A stretch of 62,069 nucleotides of DNA, filler included. It is 6 parts of 6 records of this genome, joined end to end, with 100 filler letters (N's around TTAATTAATTAA, not from the genome) between each part and the next. Parts side by side here need not be neighbours in the genome. Positions count along the whole stretch, not along the records: positions 1 to 10,009 come from SRR31147125_3162; 5 more parts are not named here. One strand, 5' to 3'. This document shows, in pieces, positions 1-10,109 of the stretch; the first letter of the stretch is position 1; each line of letters opens with the position of its first letter. The notes below the pieces were generated by a model. The model searched no databases. It was not told the origin of the DNA and worked only from the letters and a program-made list of their open reading frames with translations. Position numbers and translations under genes: made by a program.

Positions 1-7
1 GGAAAAA

Positions 8-820
8 ATGTATTTTTATGTTCTAAAGGCAAATGTTTACAAGTATTTTATAACTCTACTTAGAGCCTACCCAATGAGTTTTTTTATTGGAAATCTCTTA
101 AGTATAGTTTATTATCTGACTTTTTCATATTTGCTGTATGAGAGTGTTGCTGGGAGGTCATTAAATGAAAGCTTCATATCAGAGGCAAATACGGCAAACT
201 ATATGGGCTACGTAGTAATTGGAATATTCATATATACTTTTACAGTAAAGACATTACTGAATGTATCTAGGAGCTTAATAACGGAGAAGAGATTAGGAAC
301 ACTTGAAAGTGTAATGTTAGCACCATATAACAGGGGAATGTACTTTTTAGCTTATATGATGGCACAAGTACTTCACACTCTTATGGAAATGGCACTTGCA
401 CTGCCACTATTAATTGTTTTGAAAGTGCAATTTCAGAGTTTTAGTATAGTTGAGTTTGCTATTGTATTTGTATTAATGATTTATTCATTTTTAGGTTTAT
501 CATTATTATTAGCAAATATTATGCTTTATACAACAGACACATATATATCACAAAATACACTATTTACTTTCATGTTTCTCATTTGTGGTGTGAATTTCCC
601 AATATCCTATTTACCTCAATGGGTTCAAAGTATTGCGGATTTTATTCCACTGACACACGTAATTAGTTTGTTTAGAATTGTAATTTTAAAAGGAGAGAGT
701 ATATTTATACACCTCAATGAGGTTTACCTCCTTTTAATAACAGGAACAATATATATAATTATTGGATTTATGATATTAGCACATGTTGAAAAAATAGCAT
801 TGGAAAGAATAGAAGGGTAG
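8..820 (+). CDS. ABC-2 type exporter permease
   Basis: Multi-TM hydrophobic ORF with EKRLGTLE and FPISYLPQWVQ...PLTH motifs typical of ABC-2 membrane subunits; directly upstream of an ABC ATPase. Confidence 0.85.
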   Translation: MYFYVLKANVYKYFITLLRAYPMSFFIGNLLSIVYYLTFSYLLYESVAGRSLNESFISEANTANYMGYVVIGIFIYTFTVKTLLNVSRSLITEKRLGTLESVMLAPYNRGMYFLAYMMAQVLHTLMEMALALPLLIVLKVQFQSFSIVEFAIVFVLMIYSFLGLSLLLANIMLYTTDTYISQNTLFTFMFLICGVNFPISYLPQWVQSIADFIPLTHVISLFRIVILKGESIFIHLNEVYLLLITGTIYIIIGFMILAHVEKIALERIEG

Positions 821-825
821 GGAAA

Positions 826-1617
826 ATGATAGAGATTAGAAATTTATCAAAAACATATAAAACGAAGGAAAGATTGGGCATATTTAAAACAAGGAAAAAA
901 GAGGTTCAGGCTGTAAGAAACTTATCATTGAACATACCTAAGAATAGAATAACTGGGCTTCTTGGAATAAATGGTGCAGGAAAAACGACAACAGTTAAAA
1001 TGTTATCAACATTAATTGAGCCTACAACAGGAGAGATCTTATTTGATGGTATAGACTATCATAAAAACATTAAAACAATCAAGTCAAAAGTTAATATGAT
1101 AGCTGGTGGAGAGAGAATGATATATTGGAGGTTAACAGCTAGAGAAAACTTGATGTATTTCGGACAGATGTATGGGATACCTGTAAAACAACTAAAACAG
1201 AGAATAGATTATCTACTCGCTAAAGTTGGTTTAACTGATAGGGCTGATATTCCAGTTGAAAAATACTCTAAAGGAATGAAACTGAGATTACAGATAGCCA
1301 GAGGTTTAATTAATAACCCAGACTATATATTCCTTGACGAGCCAACACTTGGACTTGATGTACAAATTGCTAAGGAGATGAGAGAGTTTTTCAAAGAGAT
1401 GATAACAGATTCTAATAAAGGAATTTTACTTACAACTCACTATATGCACGAAGTTGAGGAGCTTTGCGATTACATATACATTTTACATAATGGAGAGCTT
1501 ATCCATGAAGGAACACCAAGTGAAATCGTTTCAATTTATGGAGATAAAGAGGGAAATAACCTTGAAAAAGCTATAATCAAATTATCAAAAGATTTATCAG
1601 AGAAAGAATCTATTTAG
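826..1617 (+). CDS. ABC transporter ATP-binding protein (drug/peptide exporter type)
   Basis: Walker A GINGAGKTT, signature YSKGM, Walker B IFLDEPT, H-loop LTTHYM. Confidence 0.95.
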   Translation: MIEIRNLSKTYKTKERLGIFKTRKKEVQAVRNLSLNIPKNRITGLLGINGAGKTTTVKMLSTLIEPTTGEILFDGIDYHKNIKTIKSKVNMIAGGERMIYWRLTARENLMYFGQMYGIPVKQLKQRIDYLLAKVGLTDRADIPVEKYSKGMKLRLQIARGLINNPDYIFLDEPTLGLDVQIAKEMREFFKEMITDSNKGILLTTHYMHEVEELCDYIYILHNGELIHEGTPSEIVSIYGDKEGNNLEKAIIKLSKDLSEKESI

Positions 1618-1620
1618 GAG

Positions 1621-2448
1621 ATGAAAAAAATGAAGTATTTTATTCAGACAGTTTTATGCAATATTAGATTACAACATCAAAACTATTTCTTCAATAAATC
1701 AATATATATGTCTCTCATGATTTGGCCTTTAATCATGTTTATAAACGCTTATTATAGTTATAAGCCATTTTCAACTGAGGTACTGTTTTTAAAAACAGGT
1801 TTGAGAAGTTATGAAGAGTTGTATATATTTCTCTTCATAGGTTTTGTGGCGATGATGTGTTTTGGTTCATTAGTTCAATCAGCATGGCAATCGGCGTATA
1901 TAATTAGGGTTAGCGGAACTTTAGAGTTAATGTATATGACACCAGCAAGTCGAATGGCTACACTTCTTGGCAATGCGATTGCTTCTTTGCTTGGTAGTGT
2001 GTGGATGTTGATAGTGTTTGCTATAATTGTATTTGTGTATTATGCACAATTTTTAAGTTTTCATATTTTGACTTTATCCTTTAGCCTATTGATGTTACTT
2101 GTTTTGGCCATTTGTTGGGGAGTGTTCTTGAACAGTTTATTCTTATTAACAAGGGATGGAGGATTTCTATTTACGATATTAGAGGCCCCTATGGAGATAT
2201 TTTCAGGTGTTAAGCTTCCGTTTAATATGATGCCAATGTGGGCAAAAGCATTTGGGGCAATTTTCCCTTTAACATATATAATGATAATTCTTCGCAAAAG
2301 CATTTTATTTGGAGCTAGTTTTAAGGAACTATTTAATTATATAGCGATATGTTGTATAATGGCCTTAGTTTTGTTAATAGCTTCTTATATAATACTTGCT
2401 AAGGGAGAGAAAGAAGCTAGAATAAACGGAACGGCGACATTATTCTAG
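1621..2448 (+). CDS. ABC-2 type exporter permease
   Basis: Multi-TM ORF with SGTLE and LPFNMMPMWAK...FPLTY motifs; AGGAG RBS. Confidence 0.85.
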   Translation: MKKMKYFIQTVLCNIRLQHQNYFFNKSIYMSLMIWPLIMFINAYYSYKPFSTEVLFLKTGLRSYEELYIFLFIGFVAMMCFGSLVQSAWQSAYIIRVSGTLELMYMTPASRMATLLGNAIASLLGSVWMLIVFAIIVFVYYAQFLSFHILTLSFSLLMLLVLAICWGVFLNSLFLLTRDGGFLFTILEAPMEIFSGVKLPFNMMPMWAKAFGAIFPLTYIMIILRKSILFGASFKELFNYIAICCIMALVLLIASYIILAKGEKEARINGTATLF

Positions 2449-2467
2449 TTAAAGTAAGAGGTGTAAG

Positions 2468-3505
2468 ATGTATTTTTCCTATAACAATCAAGATGGAACC
2501 AAAGTAAGTTTAGTCTATTCTGTTTTTAAAGAGATGATAATGAGTTTGCATGTACTTTCGGATGATACTCATCACAATTGTAGACGTGAATGGAGTACTG
2601 ATATGCTGGCAAAGATGAGTAGAGCGGATGTAGAGAATATAAAAAACTATTGTGTAATGACAAATCGCTGGATTAATTTTTCTGACTTCCTGGATAACAA
2701 AACATATTGGGAAAAAAGTGTTCCTGAAATAATAGAGGCAATGGAGAAAATGAGTGTTTTAGAATTTTATACTATACTTTTTACTGATATTTATCCTCCT
2801 AAAGTAATAGAGAGGGCATTGCTCAGTTTAAATATTGCTCCGGAAATTAGTAAAGAACATAGATATATATTCCTTCAACCTGAAAAGGAGAGAGCGGAGG
2901 TTTTAAAGTTCTTAAATAATTATTACTCTGAATTTTTTGCAGAAGAGATAAAGCAAATTGAGCCCCTGTATTTAAGAAAATTAAAGCATACTTATAAAAT
3001 AGTCAAAGAAAACGATATATTTGAATTTGTACATACACTTCATCCAAGAATTGAAAATACAGATGAAAAATTGAATTTTCATAAATATAAACTATTTGAA
3101 GTTTACAAGGATGATTTAAAGGAACTAGTAATTTTCATAACAAGTTTTGGTATGCCTCATCTTTTTCTTGGGACTTTTGAAGGTGGTATATCAATAACGC
3201 TACCTTTGTACATAACAAATTATGATACAACTGCAATTCCTGAAGATAGGGTCGATGTATTCAAAGCTATAGCAGATAAAACAAGATTACAGATAATCAA
3301 ACTATTGTATGAAAGTCCAAACTCTACTCAGTTATTAGCTGAAAAACTAAAACTTAGTGAAGCTGCTATTTCTAAAAATCTAAAACTACTTTATAAATCT
3401 AATATTGTTTCTAAAGAGCGGGATGGAAATTATGTAAATTATCATTTAAATGTTAATGTAATAGACAGTTTGGTTTATTTGTTATACGAAGTTATAGCAC
3501 CGTAA
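2468..3505 (+). CDS. ArsR/SmtB-family transcriptional regulator with large N-terminal domain
   Basis: C-terminal wHTH FKAIADKTRLQIIKLL...LAEKLKLSEAAISKNLKLL...ERDGNYVNY; GAGGTG RBS. Confidence 0.85.
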   Translation: MYFSYNNQDGTKVSLVYSVFKEMIMSLHVLSDDTHHNCRREWSTDMLAKMSRADVENIKNYCVMTNRWINFSDFLDNKTYWEKSVPEIIEAMEKMSVLEFYTILFTDIYPPKVIERALLSLNIAPEISKEHRYIFLQPEKERAEVLKFLNNYYSEFFAEEIKQIEPLYLRKLKHTYKIVKENDIFEFVHTLHPRIENTDEKLNFHKYKLFEVYKDDLKELVIFITSFGMPHLFLGTFEGGISITLPLYITNYDTTAIPEDRVDVFKAIADKTRLQIIKLLYESPNSTQLLAEKLKLSEAAISKNLKLLYKSNIVSKERDGNYVNYHLNVNVIDSLVYLLYEVIAP

Positions 3506-3520
3506 AATATATAAACGAAT

Positions 3521-3557
3521 AAAGAGTAGAAATGTGCCAGCACTTTCTACTCTTTTT
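3521..3557. terminator. Bidirectional intrinsic terminator
   Basis: AAAGAGTAGAAA...TTTCTACTCTTT inverted repeat with a T tail, between convergent genes. Confidence 0.8.
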
Positions 3558-3565
3558 AAAATTAA

Positions 3566-6500
3566 TTATAAATTTATGAATGATTTTGTATTGATGACGA
3601 CGGTATCACGGCCATTATTTTTAGCTTTATAAACTGCCGAATCAGCCCATCTAATTAAGTCAGATATTTTAATATTTTCATTTGGAATAACTGATGCTAT
3701 ACCTATACTACAGGTAATGTATTTTTTAACAGAAGAAGTTTCATGAATTAAGTTAGCTTCTTTTAAATCAATTTGCAGCTTTTCAGCAAAGTCTTTAGCT
3801 CGTTTTACACTTGAATTAGGCAGTATAATACAGAATTCCTCTCCACCATATCTACAAACTAAATCGGCAGGTTGCTTCTCAACGTCTCGAAGTATTTGAG
3901 CAAATTCCCTCAAGCATTGATCGCCAGCTTGATGTCCATAATGGTCATTATATTTTTTGAAGCAGTCAATATCTAAGAAAATTAATGAAATAGATTTCTT
4001 TTCGTTTTTCATTCTTTTCCATTCCTCTTGAAGTGCTTTGTCAAAATAGCCGCGGTTTGGAATTTGCGTCAATGCATCAATTTTAACTAAATGTTCTAGT
4101 TTTTTGTTTGATTTTTCTAATTCAGCTGTTCGCTCCATTATTAATTTCTCTAGTTTTTTATTATTTCTTTTCAAAAACTTAATTCTATATAAATGAGAAG
4201 TTAATAATAAGGTGATTAAACTGACTACTGCAATAAGTCTAAAGAGATTATGCTCCCACCATGGTGGAGTAATTATTATTTCTACTTGGTCGGGAACTTT
4301 AGTCTTTAAACCATCACTATTTTCACCCTTTACCTTGAAGATATATTTACCAGGCTTGATATTAGTATATCTAACATAATTTCTGTTATGATTATTTATC
4401 CAGTCTTCTTCAAATCCCTCTAGTTTATAAAAAAATCGATTCTTACTTATGTCAGTATAATCAGTTAAAGTAAACTCAAAAGAAAAAAGAACATCTTTAT
4501 ATGAAAGTTTAAGTAGCTTAATTCGATCAATAGATTTTTCAAATTCAAATGATTCTTCAAATTTTTTAAAATTCCTAATAACTATCTTTGGAGCGGTGCT
4601 AGAAGCTTTAATCGAGCTTGGATTAAAGTAAGTAATTCCATTAATACCACCAAAATAAAGGACTCCACTTTTGCTTTTAAAATATACATTTTTATTAAAT
4701 TTATTTTCTTGTAAGCCATCATTCAAATGGAAATTTCTAAAGCTTACTAACTTGGGATTAAATTTTGAAAGACCAAAGTCAGTACTGAGCCAAAGATTTT
4801 CATCATCGTCATTCAAAATACTATATACAAGGTTATTGGATAAGTTGTGTTTAGTATTATATAAAATTGATGATTTGTTCATCTCACTAGCCTTTTTACT
4901 AAGGTCAGCTTTTAAATGATATAATCCTTTTCTCGAACCAAACCATAAACTATGATTATTATCTTCATATATGCAATAAACATAACCTTTTGAAAACTGA
5001 TGGAATGTCTCATTTTTTTCATCATAGAGGTTTAGGCCATTATTTGTTCCAAACCAAATATTATTCAGTGAATCTTTAAAAATAGAGTATACTTCATTTC
5101 CGCTTAAACCACTATGCGAATTATCACTTTTAATATGTTTTGTAATATTTTTACTCTCCATATCAAATATGAAAGCCCCATTACCATAGGTTCCAATAAA
5201 TAAACTACCATTTTTCACTTCTTTAATAGTAAGGAGTATGTTTTTCACTGTATCTTGTGAAGATGAAATTTGGTACGATTCAAAATCATTAATCATAGAG
5301 TTATATTTGTATAATGTACCATTATTACTACCAAACCATAGAGCTCCAGTTTGGTCTAAAAATGAAGATAAAATAATTTTTGAGAGAGCAAGTGTTGTTT
5401 GTTTAGATTTAGGGTTATACATGTATAAACTAGAGCTATTACTTATCCAGAGATTTCCATCTCTATCCTCAATAATAGAATTAGTATTTGAATCTTTTTC
5501 ATAATCAACTAAATAAGAGAAAGTTGATTTGGGATTAAATTTATTTATTCCTCCACCTCTTGTACCTAGCCAAATTAGCCCACTTCTGTCTTTATAAACA
5601 GAACGAATATCAGAAAAATTAGTATTACTAAATTTTGACCCCTTATTTGAGAAAAAATCAATATATTGCTCTTTTTCGCTGTTAAATTTAAACAAGCCCC
5701 TTGATGTACCTACCCATACGATATTATCCTCATCCTCTAAGATTGAGTTTACGGATATTCTTTGAGATGGATTATCAGGAAGCTTTGGAATAAAGTGTTT
5801 AAACTTTCTTTCCTTTGGTAAAAACAGGTTCATTCCATTGTTTGTACCAATCCAGATCTTTCCATTACTCCCTTTATGTAGAGTTCTAATTTGTTTGAAA
5901 CTAGGCCCTTTTTCATCATTACTACTTGGTAAAAATCTAGTGAATTTATCTGTTTTAATATCTAGGACATTAAGCCCATTGCTGGTCCCAACTATGATAT
6001 TGCCTTCATCATCTTCAGTGATTGCCCAAACCCTATTATTACTAAGGGTGTTTTGATTTCCTTCTTCATGTATATATCGCTGTATCTTATTTGTTCTTAA
6101 GTTAAGCTTGTTTAAGCCTCCTTTATATGTACCAATCCACAAATTGCTATTTGCATCCTGATAAAGAGACTGTACTCTATTATCACTTAAACTCTCCCGG
6201 GAGTTAGGATTGTGTAGATAGTGCACGAACTTTTTATTGTCAGAATCGTACATATTTAGTCCGCCACCCCAAGTGCCTATCCAAACGTTTCCTTGTCTAT
6301 CTAAATAGATATTACTAGCCGAATTACTGGATATTGATGAAAGGTTATCATCATCGTGCTCAAAAGTTGTGAATTTATAGCCATCATACATGTTTAATTT
6401 ATCCTCTGTACCAAACCACATAAATCCTTGATGATCCTGAACAATAGAGTAAACAACGTTATTTGACAGCCCATCATCTACAGTATAGGAATCAAATTTT

Positions 6501-6589
6501 ATATTTTCAACCTCTTCAAAATTAACTGAAAAAACCATAATATTCATTAATAAAAAACTATAAAACAATATTAGAAATTTTTTAATCAT
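3566..6589 (-). CDS. Membrane-anchored diguanylate cyclase with beta-propeller (Reg_prop) and YYY sensor domains
   Basis: Signal peptide, many LWIGTxxGL propeller repeats, YTNIKPGKYIFKV (YYY), PPWW + TM, DALTQIPNR, DIDCFKKYNDHYGHQAGD, RYGGEEF. Confidence 0.92.
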   Translation of the reverse strand: MIKKFLILFYSFLLMNIMVFSVNFEEVENIKFDSYTVDDGLSNNVVYSIVQDHQGFMWFGTEDKLNMYDGYKFTTFEHDDDNLSSISSNSASNIYLDRQGNVWIGTWGGGLNMYDSDNKKFVHYLHNPNSRESLSDNRVQSLYQDANSNLWIGTYKGGLNKLNLRTNKIQRYIHEEGNQNTLSNNRVWAITEDDEGNIIVGTSNGLNVLDIKTDKFTRFLPSSNDEKGPSFKQIRTLHKGSNGKIWIGTNNGMNLFLPKERKFKHFIPKLPDNPSQRISVNSILEDEDNIVWVGTSRGLFKFNSEKEQYIDFFSNKGSKFSNTNFSDIRSVYKDRSGLIWLGTRGGGINKFNPKSTFSYLVDYEKDSNTNSIIEDRDGNLWISNSSSLYMYNPKSKQTTLALSKIILSSFLDQTGALWFGSNNGTLYKYNSMINDFESYQISSSQDTVKNILLTIKEVKNGSLFIGTYGNGAFIFDMESKNITKHIKSDNSHSGLSGNEVYSIFKDSLNNIWFGTNNGLNLYDEKNETFHQFSKGYVYCIYEDNNHSLWFGSRKGLYHLKADLSKKASEMNKSSILYNTKHNLSNNLVYSILNDDDENLWLSTDFGLSKFNPKLVSFRNFHLNDGLQENKFNKNVYFKSKSGVLYFGGINGITYFNPSSIKASSTAPKIVIRNFKKFEESFEFEKSIDRIKLLKLSYKDVLFSFEFTLTDYTDISKNRFFYKLEGFEEDWINNHNRNYVRYTNIKPGKYIFKVKGENSDGLKTKVPDQVEIIITPPWWEHNLFRLIAVVSLITLLLTSHLYRIKFLKRNNKKLEKLIMERTAELEKSNKKLEHLVKIDALTQIPNRGYFDKALQEEWKRMKNEKKSISLIFLDIDCFKKYNDHYGHQAGDQCLREFAQILRDVEKQPADLVCRYGGEEFCIILPNSSVKRAKDFAEKLQIDLKEANLIHETSSVKKYITCSIGIASVIPNENIKISDLIRWADSAVYKAKNNGRDTVVINTKSFINL

Positions 6590-6755
6590 AATTATTTACA
6601 CTTCCTTCTATGACACAAAATTCTCTTTAATGTAATTATAGCATCATTGATAAAAAAATGCAAAATCAAAAATTCATCATCGCAATCAATTGAATGAAAA
6701 TATCTAAAATTATATCTTTAATTAATAACATAATATGAATTTAAAGTTAATTAAT

Positions 6756-6786
6756 AAAAAAACAACTCTTTTGTCAAGAGTTGTTT
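6756..6786 (-). terminator. Intrinsic terminator downstream of the HD-like gene
   Basis: AAACAACTCTT-ttgtc-AAGAGTTGTTT with an A tract on + (U tail on -). Confidence 0.7.
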
Positions 6787-6859
6787 AGGTTAGAAATGAT
6801 ATTAAGTTTTTTTGGCAATATTAACGACTATTTTATTACTCTTTCATTTTTAGAGGATT

Positions 6860-7414
6860 TTAGTCCTCGCTAATCTCCAGAAAGATACTTTGAGCAACAT
6901 CCTCTGAAACTTCCCTAGAATATTTCTCTTTCAATTTCAATTCTTCCTTACTTTCTGGTAGATAACATTCGAATTTACCAATGATGTTATTATTAAAATA
7001 GTTAATAGTTTCTTCCAATGTTTGATTTCTGGCAGTTCCCGTAACTAGTGATTTCACTATTTGGAAATAGTTTCCTCCTTCTAAAATATGTGCATCATGT
7101 AGTATTTTCTCTTCTGTTGTTACAGGTGCTAAATCTTTATGCGAAGCTTTAACTATATTGATAATTTGAGTAATAGCAATCCCATCAAAATTTAGCTCGT
7201 GTAATAGCTTACTTATTTTCGCTTCTTCTTCTTTTATCATTCCGTGGAAGTATGCACCATATTCTATTGATTCAAAGTCAACACTGTAAGTACTACTGAT
7301 ATCCTTAGCTTTATTAATAACTCTCTTAATATGCGAGAAGTTATGCATGATATCTTTTTCTGCATAATACGGTGTTACAAACTCAATTATTTTGGCTTTA
7401 TTGTTTTGGCTCAA
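6860..7414 (-). CDS. HD-domain-like putative phosphohydrolase (degenerate motif)
   Basis: HNFSHIKRV, AYFHG in place of HD, ASH, EEKILHDAH; TTG start. Confidence 0.65.
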   Translation of the reverse strand: MSQNNKAKIIEFVTPYYAEKDIMHNFSHIKRVINKAKDISSTYSVDFESIEYGAYFHGMIKEEEAKISKLLHELNFDGIAITQIINIVKASHKDLAPVTTEEKILHDAHILEGGNYFQIVKSLVTGTARNQTLEETINYFNNNIIGKFECYLPESKEELKLKEKYSREVSEDVAQSIFLEISED

Positions 7415-7447
7415 AATTTTCTCACTTTCTAAATTGTTATTTTGTTG

Positions 7448-7603
7448 TTATAATTTTGGAAAATTTTTAGTAAATAAACTTTTTATATTAATACTAAGGT
7501 ATAGGTAGCATGATCTCCACTTAGCGGAGTAAACTCCTCTTTGTAATTCTAATTTACTAAACTCAGACCAAAGTCTCATTCCAGTATCAACTAAGAAAAG
7601 AAA
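7448..7603 (-). pseudogene. Possible tyrosine-recombinase relic (box I fragment)
   Basis: Stop-to-stop minus frame reads FLFLVDTGMRLWSEFSKLE, resembling the LxxTGMRxSE box I; no other integrase motifs. Confidence 0.3.
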
Positions 7604-7634
7604 TTACCCCTTATTTTGATTAATCCAATACATT

Positions 7635-8543
7635 CTAGGCATAGACTTCTACAGCACTATATTTAAGGAATCCATTGTCAACATTTAACTCAATTAAGTT
7701 ACTTTCATAGAGATATTCAATATAAAATCTAAGCATCCTCTCTACAACGATATATTTATTGACTGATTGAATTTTGATACTCCATGTTTTAACAATAATT
7801 TTTAAAATCTCCTCAAAAGTCATTGGGGATTCAATTAATCTAAGCAGATGTTCAGCCCTACCTGTATAATAGGCAATATTATCTTTTATTAGATCACTTA
7901 TATCATCTTTCACTCCCTTATGGGCGATAATATACTTTTCGCTCTGCAAATTATATAGGTTCATTTTACTTTTAAGGTCTTGTTGAAGGTCATATGCATA
8001 TGGTAATTTAGTACCTGTCATAACTTTTTCGGTAATAAGTGCATCACCTAAATATGCAATATTATCAGGTGTAATAATTGAAATGTGACCCAAAGTATGA
8101 CCTGGAGTGTAGAAAATTTTAAACATGATACCATTAATATACACGCTTGTTTGTTCTTTGCTAATTATTATATCTGTTTCGCAAACAAGATGCTCGTAGT
8201 GTTCCTTTACACACGACAAAAAATGTCGATTGTAGTATTCTTTTAGAGATGTTACCGAGCTACAAATATGTGCAGAAAAAGCAGACATTGCAATAACGCA
8301 TCCATGTTTTTCCTTAAAATAAGCATTATTTCCAATATGATCTATGTGGCTATGGCTATTTATGATTCCAACAATCTGAAAATTATTATAATCAAAGAGT
8401 GTATCTAGCTCTTGTTGTTCTCCTTTTGCCCATCCAGAGTCTAATAATATTATTTTTTTATCATCTAGTTTATAAAAAGGTATGTAGGTCATACCAGTAT
8501 CAATACAGAATGTGTTTCCTTTTATATGAATAATTTCGTACAT
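7635..8543 (-). CDS. Metallo-beta-lactamase-fold hydrolase
   Basis: LLDSG, HSHIDHIG (HxHxDH), TPGHT, YLGDA, IAH motifs; AGGAG RBS. Confidence 0.9.
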   Translation of the reverse strand: MYEIIHIKGNTFCIDTGMTYIPFYKLDDKKIILLDSGWAKGEQQELDTLFDYNNFQIVGIINSHSHIDHIGNNAYFKEKHGCVIAMSAFSAHICSSVTSLKEYYNRHFLSCVKEHYEHLVCETDIIISKEQTSVYINGIMFKIFYTPGHTLGHISIITPDNIAYLGDALITEKVMTGTKLPYAYDLQQDLKSKMNLYNLQSEKYIIAHKGVKDDISDLIKDNIAYYTGRAEHLLRLIESPMTFEEILKIIVKTWSIKIQSVNKYIVVERMLRFYIEYLYESNLIELNVDNGFLKYSAVEVYA

Positions 8544-8866
8544 GATTTCACTCCTAATTTTTTATTAATTAATTTATATATACCAAAACATAAACTTAAA
8601 AAAACATAATTATATCAATAGTAAACTAATTAACTTTAATTTCTATTAAAATACTTTTAATAAGCCTAAAATTCTAACGTAGATATTGTTAGTCATTTTA
8701 TTATATCATTTCCTTTCAGGATATCAATATTAAGTTCTTTAAGTACAATTGAATTTAGTTCTTCATATTATATAGTTAAGTCATTTTCATTCATGATTTT
8801 AAAATAATAATTGAGTATAATGTATAGGTAGAATTCATAACAATAAAAGCAAAAGAGGAGGTAGCG

Positions 8867-9997
8867 ATGAAATTAACAAAACTAAAACATTTCATATACA
8901 CTTTAATAATGACAATGTGGACTTTATCATATGGAGATATAAAAACAGGAAGTACAGGAACAAAGCTATCTGTTACTAGATACGGAGAGTTTAACGAACC
9001 TTGGGCTATGACCTTCCTACCTGATGGAAGACTGTTAATTACAGAGAAGAGAGGTAACTTAATACTTTACGATACTGAAGAAAAAACTAAAACTAACGTT
9101 AAGGGAGTTCCGAAAGTTTCATATGCAGGTCAGGGAGGTTTGGGCGATATAATTTTGCATCCTAACTATTCGGAAAATAAGCTAGTTTACTTCTCGTATG
9201 CAGAGGACGAAGGTTTTAGGAAAAGAGGTGCAGTTGTAGCAAGAGCAAAGTTAATTAGAGATGAAGCTAATACAAGGTTAGAAGGAATAGAAATCATATG
9301 GAAGCAATACCCCAAAATGTCTGGTAGCGGGCACTATTCTCATAGATTAGCCTTTGATTCAGATGGATACTTATTCATAGCATCAGGAGAAAGACAAAAG
9401 CAGGAGCCAGCGCAAGATTTTACTGGAAATTTGGGGAAAATAATCAGAGTATATGATGACGGAACGATTCCGCTAGATAACCCGTTCCAAGATAAAGGAA
9501 AAATAGCTAAAACATTTTGGTCAATTGGTCATAGGAATATCCTAGGGATGGATTTTGATGAGCAGGGCAGATTATGGGCTCAAGAGATGGGGCCTCGTCA
9601 TGGCGATGAACTGAACCTGATAATTAGAGGTGATAACTACGGATGGCCACTTGTATCATGGGGAGACCAGTATTCAGGAATTAAAATACCTGACCATGAC
9701 ACTAGACCTGACTTCCATAGCCCAGAGACCTACTGGGTACCTACGATAGCGCCATCTGGACTTGTTATCTATAGAGGTAATATGTTCCCAAAATGGCGAG
9801 GTAACGCGCTAATTGGAGGGCTTAGGTCAGAAGCTTTAATACGTGTGGTGATAGATGGGAATCGTGCATACGAAAAGGAACGGTTTGACATGGGTAAAAG
9901 AATACGTGAGGTAGAAGAAGATTCTAAAGGAGCAATATGGGTACTAGAAGATCAAAAAGGTGCTAGACTCCTAAAACTAACACCTATAGGTAATTAA
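8867..9997 (+). CDS. PQQ-dependent glucose/sorbosone (aldose sugar) dehydrogenase, YliI/Asd-like
   Basis: [53 protein letters not shown] motifs; signal peptide; GAGGAGG RBS. Confidence 0.9.
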   Translation: MKLTKLKHFIYTLIMTMWTLSYGDIKTGSTGTKLSVTRYGEFNEPWAMTFLPDGRLLITEKRGNLILYDTEEKTKTNVKGVPKVSYAGQGGLGDIILHPNYSENKLVYFSYAEDEGFRKRGAVVARAKLIRDEANTRLEGIEIIWKQYPKMSGSGHYSHRLAFDSDGYLFIASGERQKQEPAQDFTGNLGKIIRVYDDGTIPLDNPFQDKGKIAKTFWSIGHRNILGMDFDEQGRLWAQEMGPRHGDELNLIIRGDNYGWPLVSWGDQYSGIKIPDHDTRPDFHSPETYWVPTIAPSGLVIYRGNMFPKWRGNALIGGLRSEALIRVVIDGNRAYEKERFDMGKRIREVEEDSKGAIWVLEDQKGARLLKLTPIGN

Positions 9998-10009
9998 TTA
10001 AAGGAAAAA

Positions 10010-10109
10010 NNNNNNNNNNNNNNNNNNNNNNNNNNNNNNNNNNNNNNNNNNNNTTAATTAATTAANNNNNNNNNNNNNNNNNNNNNNNNNNNNNNNNNNN
10101 NNNNNNNNN
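10010..10109. other. Artificial contig-joining spacer
   Basis: 44 N + TTAATTAATTAA (stop in all six frames) + 44 N. Confidence 0.98.
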
